IMG/VR virus record: IMGVR_UViG_3300008262_003578
From: a virus
Direction: 5' to 3' (one strand)
DNA: 64,000 bases
The notes beneath the pieces are model-generated. The model worked only from the letters and a program-made list of their open reading frames with translations, searched no databases and was not told the DNA's origin. Shown in pieces: positions 30,158 to 38,782 of the stretch (the first letter of the stretch is position 1; every line of letters starts with the position of its first letter). The translations under genes were made by a program, and so were the position numbers.

Positions 30158-33033
30158 TGTCTTGTCCTTTATCATATAGTTTAAATATAACAGGTGATTG
30201 TTCTAATATAAATGTTGGGACTTTTGAACTTAGTATTCTTGGTACGGCACCTGATTATACAATACAATGGATTAGTCCTGCATCTTATGGTACAATTGCT
30301 TTAGGACCTGGGGTTACAACATATAGTGAGAGTGGATTATCTGCCGCGACTTACACATTTAATATTATAGATAGTTGTGAACCTAATACAGTAGTTCCTG
30401 TTAATGTTTATATATCAAGTGGGACTTGTGTATCTATTGAATCGTTTGAAGATACTTTATGTGGTGAGAATAATGGTTCTTTAAGTGCTGTTACAAGTGG
30501 GTATTATGGGACAGCAACTTTTTCATTGTATGATTCTGTTTATGGTTTTATAATGTCAGCATCAACCGCTGGTAATTCTTATCAGTTTACTAATTTATCC
30601 GCAAGTACATATTATGTAATTGCTAATGATGGTGGTGGTTGTACAGGTCAAAGTGAATCTGTTATAATTAAAGACTCAAGTACCATAGATTTTGGTTTTT
30701 ATGTTGTTAATGATGCGGGATGTGCGGTTAATTCAGGTAAAATATTTATAACAGGGTTAACGGGTAATCCTCCGTACACTTATTTATGGTCTAATGGTCA
30801 AACAACATCAAGTATTAGTGGATTAACCGCAGGGTTTTATAATGTTACGGTAACTGATAGTACAGGGTGTGCGGTTAATAAAGTAACTTCAGTTTCAGAA
30901 GTACCTAGTGTAGGTATTGCGTCTATTTTAACAACAGACCCATCTTGTTATTCTTCGGATGGTGAAATTACTGTTATTGTTACGGGCGGTACTTCACCGT
31001 ATAACTTCTCCGCCTCAACATTAGGTAATTACTTTACATTTGACACTGAATACACATTTACTAATGTATCTAGTGGGAATTATAGTATATTAGTGACTGA
31101 TGCGGGACTTTGTACTACAAGTGCAACAATAACGGTCACAACTCCAGGAGGATTTTCGGTTGTATCGTTTTCGTATTCTCCAACGGTATGTGGGGCATCT
31201 GGATATGTCACGATAGTATTGAATGGAGGGTCACCACCTTACAACTACACTTTAAGTGAAACAGGTGGGCCAACTACAACGCAAACAACAAATAGTTCAA
31301 CTTGGACCTTTAATAATTTATTCTACGGTGAATATACTTTAACAATATCTGACGATGGTCCTTGTGAATATAGTAATACCTTCACAATTGAGAATGATAA
31401 TGCGTTTATTTTGTCAACAAGTGTTACAGGTACTACTTGTGGTGATGATAATGGGATAATAACTGTTGAAGTTTCAGGAGGAACACCTTCTTACACATAT
31501 ACTTTAGATGGTAGTGAAATTGTTATTAGTCCTTTAAGTTCGGTAACTTTTACTAATCTAACATCAGGATTACATAGTATAAATGTTGTGGATGATAATG
31601 GGTGTACCCAAACAATATCGGCAAATGTGGCAACATCAAGTGATGTTGATTTTATTTTAGTACCGACCGATGCTTTAGGGGGTAATAATGGTTCAGTAAC
31701 AGCGTTAATAACTAGTGGAGAACCACCATTCACATTAACTTGGAGCCCAAACGCTAGCGGACAAACAGGGTCAACTATAACGGGGTTAAGTGCTGGAACC
31801 TACTCATTGACTGTTGTTGATGACAATGGGTGTGAGTCAACTACGGAAGTTATAGTTAATGGTAATGTTTTATTATCATCTTATCAAGTTTATAGCGTTT
31901 GTGATTCTGACTTATTAAATTATGGTGAAATAATTTTAAAAGGACCTAAACAGATGTTACTTGATGGGTTTTATAGTTTAAGTTCGGGGGATACAAATTG
32001 TATTTTGAATCAGGCTATATTTGAAGCATCCGTTACAGTTAGCGGAGTTACCACAACCCAAACATTTTTTACGGGAGAAACTTTAAATGATTACCCAACT
32101 ACCCAACAATGGAATGATGTTATTGGAAGTTTAATATTAGGGTATGATGGTATTGGTTCTGTTATTTTTGATATTGAAACTAATCAAATGACTATTTTAA
32201 CTGATTGTAATTCCGAAATTTCATTAAATGATGCTAATATTATAATTAATATGATAATTCATTACGATATTTCGTGTGTCGCTTGTTATTGTCCCGTACC
32301 TGAATTTACCCCTATTAATTGTGAAATAACTGAAGAGTATTGTGAAACCGAAGAAACTAAAGTAATCTATGATATTAAATGGCCTTTATTTGGAATTGAT
32401 TTATTAGACAATTTGGATATTATACCTACTAGATGTCAAGAGTTACCAAATTATCCTGATTGCGGTGTTATTGAGAGTAAACAAATTGAGTTTAGAAATG
32501 CTAGAAATGCCTATTTGTCTTATATAAATAATTATCTTTTAGCCCTTTCAGTGGGTAGAATTAGTTATGCCCAATCCATTCCTGTTGTATTACCACCATC
32601 TAGATACGAGGGTGATTATTTTTACAATGGGCCTGAAAATGTTGGGTGGACGCAATTCAAGGTAATACAAGGATGTAGTTGTAAAAAAATATTTGAGGAA
32701 AATGGTTTAGTTGGGCCTCAATATGACTTTGATATCGTATGGTTAACTGAAGTCCAATCATATGGTGATTTACCATTAACAGGTAATTTTGGTGAATTTT
32801 GTTTTGTTATAGACGATGGTGTTTTTTATAAATGGGACCCTAATACAAATACGTGGATTAATGAAAGTTCACCAATAATAGGTTATCCTGATATTGAAGA
32901 TTGTGCTGCGGTACAAAGAGCTCAAAGAGATTATTATCTTTTATCATTAAACCAACTTATGTTGGTTTGGAGGTCTTTTACTTGGTCGTCATTTCATATC
33001 CCATTATACCAAATTTTTAAATATAATAGTTAA
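30157..33033 (+). CDS. SprB-repeat / Ig-like virion protein (958 aa)
   Basis: Repeated GxIxVxVxGGTxPYxY/W...YxVTVTDxxGC units; Cys-rich C-terminus. Confidence 0.75.
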   Translation: MSCPLSYSLNITGDCSNINVGTFELSILGTAPDYTIQWISPASYGTIALGPGVTTYSESGLSAATYTFNIIDSCEPNTVVPVNVYISSGTCVSIESFEDTLCGENNGSLSAVTSGYYGTATFSLYDSVYGFIMSASTAGNSYQFTNLSASTYYVIANDGGGCTGQSESVIIKDSSTIDFGFYVVNDAGCAVNSGKIFITGLTGNPPYTYLWSNGQTTSSISGLTAGFYNVTVTDSTGCAVNKVTSVSEVPSVGIASILTTDPSCYSSDGEITVIVTGGTSPYNFSASTLGNYFTFDTEYTFTNVSSGNYSILVTDAGLCTTSATITVTTPGGFSVVSFSYSPTVCGASGYVTIVLNGGSPPYNYTLSETGGPTTTQTTNSSTWTFNNLFYGEYTLTISDDGPCEYSNTFTIENDNAFILSTSVTGTTCGDDNGIITVEVSGGTPSYTYTLDGSEIVISPLSSVTFTNLTSGLHSINVVDDNGCTQTISANVATSSDVDFILVPTDALGGNNGSVTALITSGEPPFTLTWSPNASGQTGSTITGLSAGTYSLTVVDDNGCESTTEVIVNGNVLLSSYQVYSVCDSDLLNYGEIILKGPKQMLLDGFYSLSSGDTNCILNQAIFEASVTVSGVTTTQTFFTGETLNDYPTTQQWNDVIGSLILGYDGIGSVIFDIETNQMTILTDCNSEISLNDANIIINMIIHYDISCVACYCPVPEFTPINCEITEEYCETEETKVIYDIKWPLFGIDLLDNLDIIPTRCQELPNYPDCGVIESKQIEFRNARNAYLSYINNYLLALSVGRISYAQSIPVVLPPSRYEGDYFYNGPENVGWTQFKVIQGCSCKKIFEENGLVGPQYDFDIVWLTEVQSYGDLPLTGNFGEFCFVIDDGVFYKWDPNTNTWINESSPIIGYPDIEDCAAVQRAQRDYYLLSLNQLMLVWRSFTWSSFHIPLYQIFKYNS

Positions 33034-33044
33034 ATATAATTTAT

Positions 33045-33551
33045 ATGGATATTTGTGATTATCTAAACGGAAATATTATTGGGACTGGTACTACTGAGTC
33101 TGATTGTACTACTTGGGGGGATATATATTTATATGCTAATAATTCAAAAAACGCATTCATCCAAGCATTAAAACAATTTATAAACGCTGCAACACCATGT
33201 ACTTCAGGTGAAACTTGTGGTGAGGTATACCAAGAAAAAATATACCAAGATTTTTGGGAGGGATGTTTCATTGATTACCATAAAAAATTCCAAGTGTTTT
33301 TTAACATGATGCAATGTTCACCACAAACAGGGGTTCAAAATGAAAGTATTAATTTACCAACAAGTGGAGGTACTATGGTTTCTTATAATTACACTGTGGA
33401 TTATGGGGATGGTAGTTTTGATTTAACGATAGCCGAAGAATATCAAACAATGGAGGCGGAATTTATGTGTTGTATTAAAAACATAATGGTATTAATAATG
33501 GGTGAAACTTTTGAAGGTACATCATACGTCAATTTTAATTACATCACTTAA
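33045..33551 (+). CDS. Cys-rich hypothetical protein (168 aa)
   Basis: Clean ORF following the SprB-repeat gene. Confidence 0.7.
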   Translation: MDICDYLNGNIIGTGTTESDCTTWGDIYLYANNSKNAFIQALKQFINAATPCTSGETCGEVYQEKIYQDFWEGCFIDYHKKFQVFFNMMQCSPQTGVQNESINLPTSGGTMVSYNYTVDYGDGSFDLTIAEEYQTMEAEFMCCIKNIMVLIMGETFEGTSYVNFNYIT

Positions 33552-33560
33552 AATAAATTG

Positions 33561-33590
33561 TTGATAAGAAAAACTTCTGAATTATATTTC
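33561..33590 (+). promoter_or_regulatory. TTG-N19-TATATTTC promoter (Bacteroidota -33/-7-like) upstream of the glycosyltransferase
   Basis: ttg 33561-33563 and tatatttc 33583-33590, ending 5 nt before the ATG. Confidence 0.5.
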
Positions 33591-33594
33591 CTAT

Positions 33595-34578
33595 ATGGTT
33601 AATAATTTAAAATTTGTTTCAGCACAACCTGATGTTCCATATTTTCATTGGCAAATAAAAGTCTACGTACATAATTTTATTGAAAAGGGTATAAATCCAA
33701 ATAACATTCACGTTCTTTTAGCGATGGTTCACGGAAAAAAAGAACCTAGTGAAGAATCATTACGTTTAAAAGATATGGGTATAAATGTTCATCATTATGT
33801 TGATGAGAGAGAAAAAAAACATTATATCCCTAACATTAAACCGTTTTTAATTTATAAATGGCTAGAAGAATATCCTGAATATGGTAAATCTTTTTTTCTG
33901 CATGATGCTGACATTATTTTTAGAGAGTTACCCGACTTTGATAAATTAATGGGAGATGATGTAATTTATCTTTCCGATACTGTAGGTTATATTGGGTACA
34001 ATTATATTATGGATTGTTGTGAACGGTATGAGAAACAACACCCAAATTCCGAAAAAGGTCAGTTAATTCAAGAAATGGTTGATATTGTTGGGATTGACGT
34101 TGAATGTGTTAAATGTAATCAACTTAATTCAGGTGGAGGACAATATATAATAAAAAACACTGATTCAGAAATTTGGAAAAAAATATATGACGATTGTGTT
34201 CCATTATATGACCAAATGTTAAATTATCAAAAGAGATTCCCTATAAGTCCTGGTGAGATTCAGTTTTGGACCGCTGAGATGTGGTCAGTATTATGGAACT
34301 TATGGTATTTTGGTAAAGAAACTAACATTACCAATGATTTAGATTTTTCTTGGGCGACTGATACTGTTAATTTATATGAAAAAAAACCAATACTTCATAT
34401 GGCTGGAGTGACTCAAGATTTAAGAAATACAAAATTCTATAAAGGGGATTATATTAATCAGGACCCACTTCAAAAACTTGAAGAAAATCCTAACTATTTT
34501 AATTATATAGATAAACATAGCTCAACCATTAAATATATTGAAGTTATGAAGTCATTAATTAATAAAAAAACCAAATAA
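33595..34578 (+). CDS. GT-A glycosyltransferase, GT95/GT96 (HPAT/SGT1)-like peptidyl O-glycosyltransferase
   Basis: Colinear motifs YFHWQ, YIPNIKPFLIYKWL, LHDADIIFR (DxD), SGGG, WTAEMW, ITNDL, KPILH, FYKGDY correspond to plant SGT1 motifs as I recall them. Confidence 0.75.
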   Translation: MVNNLKFVSAQPDVPYFHWQIKVYVHNFIEKGINPNNIHVLLAMVHGKKEPSEESLRLKDMGINVHHYVDEREKKHYIPNIKPFLIYKWLEEYPEYGKSFFLHDADIIFRELPDFDKLMGDDVIYLSDTVGYIGYNYIMDCCERYEKQHPNSEKGQLIQEMVDIVGIDVECVKCNQLNSGGGQYIIKNTDSEIWKKIYDDCVPLYDQMLNYQKRFPISPGEIQFWTAEMWSVLWNLWYFGKETNITNDLDFSWATDTVNLYEKKPILHMAGVTQDLRNTKFYKGDYINQDPLQKLEENPNYFNYIDKHSSTIKYIEVMKSLINKKTK

Positions 34579-34605
34579 CACATTATTTATATAAAAAAAA
34601 CTGTA

Positions 34606-35463
34606 ATGTCAGAAAACGTTAATGAATGTTCACCTATAACCATTTTCCCTATGGGTGTGGTATGTGTTGTGACTAATCCTAGTAAACCTAGAGCATCTAA
34701 CGGTACCGCAACTTTAATTATAACAGGAGGGACACCACCATATAATATTGTGTGGGAAAATGGGAATAATACAGTTTCAATAGATAATCTGTCGGAAGGG
34801 TCTTATTCGGCAACAATAACTGATTATTATGGTGATTTTATTATTAATACAACTTGTGTTCTAACAACTCAGGGGACAACTACTACCACAACAACATCAA
34901 CAACAACATCTCAACCAACTTATGATTTTTGTATGGTTATTTCATATTACGATTATGTTGGTAAACAAGTTACTGAAGTTAACTTGCTAATTCACTTTAA
35001 CCCTAATGGATTATATGACGGATACCCAACTTGGATTTCAGATGATATGTTATATTCTATAATATGGGATACAGTTGACAACAGATGGGAATTGGTTGAC
35101 ACATTAACTAATTTAGTTGTTATAAATAATAACCCAGCATACCCACCATTAAGTGGTTGGAACATATTAGGTGTTGATGGAAGTGTAACTGTTTACGAAG
35201 GTGAATGTCAAAATAATGATAATTTAACCATAAGTGCAAGTGTTAATTATAAAGGTTGTGATTACAGTTGTTTAAATTCTATCACAATTACTGGTGGCGG
35301 AGGGGTACCACCTTATCAATACTCCATAGATGGGGGGGTTACTTGGGTGAGTAGCCCAATATTCCAAGGAATATGTAATGGGTTATATTCACCACAAATA
35401 AAGGATTCATTGGGTACTATCGTCGCTAGCAATAATATAACAGTTATAGGAATACCTTGCTAA
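34606..35463 (+). CDS. SprB-repeat protein with poly-Thr linker
   Basis: GTATLIITGGTPPYNIVW and ITITGGGGVPPYQYSIDGG repeats separated by TTTTTTTSTTTS; TATTTATA at 34584. Confidence 0.7.
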   Translation: MSENVNECSPITIFPMGVVCVVTNPSKPRASNGTATLIITGGTPPYNIVWENGNNTVSIDNLSEGSYSATITDYYGDFIINTTCVLTTQGTTTTTTTSTTTSQPTYDFCMVISYYDYVGKQVTEVNLLIHFNPNGLYDGYPTWISDDMLYSIIWDTVDNRWELVDTLTNLVVINNNPAYPPLSGWNILGVDGSVTVYEGECQNNDNLTISASVNYKGCDYSCLNSITITGGGGVPPYQYSIDGGVTWVSSPIFQGICNGLYSPQIKDSLGTIVASNNITVIGIPC

Positions 35464-35493
35464 TTTTTAAAATAAGATATTTATAAATAAAAT

Positions 35494-37929
35494 ATGAGTT
35501 ATATAATAAAAAATACATCAGCGTTAATTAATAGTAGGTTAACTGATACGGGAAGACAAAGGTTATCCGAAGGTAATTTTAATATTTCATATTTCCAAAT
35601 TGGGGATAGTGAGGTGTCATATGATGTATTACCAAGTTCGTATAACCAATATAATACGATGATATTGGAACCAGCATTTAATGCTCAAAATTCAAGTGGA
35701 GTTCCTCAATCAAACAAACAAAATGTTAAATATCCTTACTACGTTGATGGTTTTACGGGTAATACTTATGGGATTCCTTATATGGATTCAGTAGTAAGTC
35801 CTGTATATAATAGGGCGGAGCCTAGAGGTTTTTTTACGGGAATTACGGTTAATGATTTTACATCTTGGAGTGCTTATACTGATAATAGTCATACTATTAA
35901 CTCTAATTATATAGTTGATATGACTACATTAAATGGGTCAAATATCATTGAAATTATTTATTCTGGTTGTAACCTAAATATAGGTAGATTACCTCAAGTT
36001 GGTGATTTTATTACAATATATTATGATGGTATGGCTAAACAAGATTGTGGGTGTGGCACTGAAACTACCACAACAACCACAACCACCACTATACCACCAA
36101 CCACAACGACAACGACAACAATACCTTGTGAAACAACTACTACTACAACAACAGTGTTCCCAACACCGACCCCTGTAGAAGTACCTAATTGTGCGATGTC
36201 AATGTATAGCTGTTATCCAATATTAACATATAGGATTATTGATGTATGTCATAACCAAATCACATTAGATAGACCTACACCTGACTTTACTTATTTGTTG
36301 GGGAATTGTTATTCCCGAACTTTAATATACCCACCAGCAATGGTACCTTTTTATGATAGTGAAACTCCCTTACAACATTTTGGAATTGATGTGATTGATT
36401 TTGAATCAGTTTGTAATACTGACCAATTAGATGTTAAGATATGGAATATGAATATTCCTTGGTCAGAAACTTTAGCTGGTATTAATAATTCGGTATATAA
36501 AGGATTTAGTGACTTTGGTTCGGTTGATTATATTGGAACTAAAGAATATTTGGGGTATCAATCAAGTTCAGGTCAGACCGATACTGATTCGGTATATTTT
36601 TATAATTCATTTGATGAAAAGGTTGTGGTAACACCTGAAGAACAAAAGGCTATTGCTATTATTCATTACACTAATCAAACTATTGATTTTGTTTATGGTG
36701 AAAAATTCGCATTAGAACCATTAGACCCGAATGTACCTGAAGATACTTTAGGACAAGCAAGAAATTTTAAAATGTGTTTACCTTGGTTAATGTGGCATAA
36801 AAACCCTGATTGTTGTCAAGGGCAATGTTTTTATGTGGACCCTCCAGGATTTGAGGAGTTTGATTTATTTCAAGTAGAATATATTGAGTCTAAGAAAAAC
36901 ATTGATATGAATTTACCTGGTATTCGTTACTATCATCTTTGGGATACTAACCCTAATAGTAACGGATTACCTAATAGAATTGGGAAAGTATTTCCTGACC
37001 ACAAAATTGTGGTTATAGACGATGAGGAGATTATAGCTGCAATGTCGTATAAATCAAATAGAAACTGGACATTACCAGCACCTAAAACATCTTTAGTTAC
37101 ACCTAATACTTGTGGAAGTGAAAGTCAATCAACCCAAGGAGTTTTAACGGGTAATACTGAATATATGTATGTTACTTATAGATTAAGTAATGATATGTCA
37201 TTTACCAATTCATTACATTGCAATTATTACATTAAACAACAGGGTCCTAATCTAAATTGTAATGATATTTCATCACAAAATGTTGCGGTGAGATTCGGAG
37301 GTGAATTTGGGTGTTTAAATTACCAACCGTACAATCCATCTACAACAACTACCACAACAAGTGTCTATACAACAACTACAACAACCATTTGTCCGACGAA
37401 TTGTGATATTACAACAGGATATTTAGGAACCAAATTTGAAATAATTTGTCAAAAAGTAACTGGTGATGGAAGACCTGACCCTACGGATTGGAAAATTATT
37501 GATTTCACCGATTTATTATCTGCAACCACAATTAATGGTCACATTACTCAAGATGGATTGACAGGTACAACATTTGTGATTACTGATGATTTATATAACA
37601 ATGCCCCCACTTATGATTTAAGTGATTATCTTGATTTAACAACACTTGGTGATACTGGTACCCAACTTAATTTTGGTGATGAGTTTTATTTTTATGGAAC
37701 ACTTGAAACGGATATTCAAGCAACTATATATGAGATGAGGTACAAAATTAATTTAAGTCAAGCCGAATTCCAAGCAAGTTCAAACCCTGGATGGGTCAAT
37801 GGTACAACATCTTACATAACTGAAGTTGGACTTTATAATTCTAAAAAAGAGCTTATGATTATATCAAAATTGCAATCACCAACACCAAGACAAGGGATTC
37901 AGCAATTTGTTATAAAATTTGATTTTTAA
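35494..37929 (+). CDS. Baseplate/tail-fibre attachment-like structural protein with poly-Thr inserts
   Basis: N-terminal LTDTGRQRL...YFQIGDSE and C-terminal YITEVGLYNSKKELMIISKL resemble tail-collar/DUF3751-type motifs; two Thr-rich inserts. Confidence 0.6.
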   Translation: MSYIIKNTSALINSRLTDTGRQRLSEGNFNISYFQIGDSEVSYDVLPSSYNQYNTMILEPAFNAQNSSGVPQSNKQNVKYPYYVDGFTGNTYGIPYMDSVVSPVYNRAEPRGFFTGITVNDFTSWSAYTDNSHTINSNYIVDMTTLNGSNIIEIIYSGCNLNIGRLPQVGDFITIYYDGMAKQDCGCGTETTTTTTTTTIPPTTTTTTTIPCETTTTTTTVFPTPTPVEVPNCAMSMYSCYPILTYRIIDVCHNQITLDRPTPDFTYLLGNCYSRTLIYPPAMVPFYDSETPLQHFGIDVIDFESVCNTDQLDVKIWNMNIPWSETLAGINNSVYKGFSDFGSVDYIGTKEYLGYQSSSGQTDTDSVYFYNSFDEKVVVTPEEQKAIAIIHYTNQTIDFVYGEKFALEPLDPNVPEDTLGQARNFKMCLPWLMWHKNPDCCQGQCFYVDPPGFEEFDLFQVEYIESKKNIDMNLPGIRYYHLWDTNPNSNGLPNRIGKVFPDHKIVVIDDEEIIAAMSYKSNRNWTLPAPKTSLVTPNTCGSESQSTQGVLTGNTEYMYVTYRLSNDMSFTNSLHCNYYIKQQGPNLNCNDISSQNVAVRFGGEFGCLNYQPYNPSTTTTTTSVYTTTTTTICPTNCDITTGYLGTKFEIICQKVTGDGRPDPTDWKIIDFTDLLSATTINGHITQDGLTGTTFVITDDLYNNAPTYDLSDYLDLTTLGDTGTQLNFGDEFYFYGTLETDIQATIYEMRYKINLSQAEFQASSNPGWVNGTTSYITEVGLYNSKKELMIISKLQSPTPRQGIQQFVIKFDF

Positions 37930-37933
37930 AATT

Positions 37934-38542
37934 ATGAGTAAAACCTTAAAAGAAAGCCCAAAAGTTTTGGGTTTAGATATCTCAACTCGTACCATAGGGT
38001 GGGCGTTATTTGATATAAAAAATCAAGAATTATTAGAATTGACTCACATATCGCCAAGACCAAAATCAAAAGATAATGGTGAGAATAGTAAAATAAAAGA
38101 ACTATTATTAAAGGCCGAGATATTTAGAACCAAATTACTTGAATATAAAAATTTAGGTATCGTTAAAGTCATTATAGAAGAACCATTATTGAATTCAAAC
38201 AATATTAATACGGTCCAAACCCTATTAAGATTTAATAGTTTTCTTTGTAAAGAAATATATGATATGTTAGGGATTGTACCTGAGTTTATTTCTACGTATA
38301 ATTCAAGAAAGTTTGCATTTCCTGAACTAGTCCAACAAAATGATAAAGGGAAATATGTTTTATTTGGTGGTTTACCAAAAGATATTGATAAGAAAATGAT
38401 TATATGGGAAAAAGTTGCAAAACTTGAACCACAAATTCAATGGTTGTATACTAAGAACAATACCCTTAAAAAAGAAAATTTTGACCAAACAGATGCCTAT
38501 TGTTGTGTCCTTGGTTATATGAAACAACTTGAAGTTTGGTAA
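37934..38542 (+). CDS. RuvC-like Holliday junction resolvase / RNase H-fold nuclease
   Basis: VLGLDISTRTIGWA, IIEEP, DQTDAY acidic catalytic pattern; ATG at 37934. Confidence 0.75.
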   Translation: MSKTLKESPKVLGLDISTRTIGWALFDIKNQELLELTHISPRPKSKDNGENSKIKELLLKAEIFRTKLLEYKNLGIVKVIIEEPLLNSNNINTVQTLLRFNSFLCKEIYDMLGIVPEFISTYNSRKFAFPELVQQNDKGKYVLFGGLPKDIDKKMIIWEKVAKLEPQIQWLYTKNNTLKKENFDQTDAYCCVLGYMKQLEVW

Positions 38543-38782
38543 TTATACACTTTCAGTAAACCATTCTGGACCTGATAAAATAGTAATCATTTCTGAGTTA
38601 TTATACGGACCTTCCATATAACTTAAATCAATAAGAAATGTAGGGTCAGTTTCCGATTGCCATCTTATAAAAGTTTTAGTACCGTCAATACTAAATCCCA
38701 ATTCAGAAATACTTCTTTCTAAAATTTGATTAAAATCAACTTTGCTAAGTTCTGATGTTAAAATAATTAAATACTTTCTCAT
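38543..38782 (-). CDS. Small protein coupled to the LamG adhesin (possible fibre chaperone)
   Basis: ATGA overlap with the 1750-aa gene; SIDGTKTFIRW...ILSGPEW pattern. Confidence 0.6.
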   Translation of the reverse strand: MRKYLIILTSELSKVDFNQILERSISELGFSIDGTKTFIRWQSETDPTFLIDLSYMEGPYNNSEMITILSGPEWFTESV

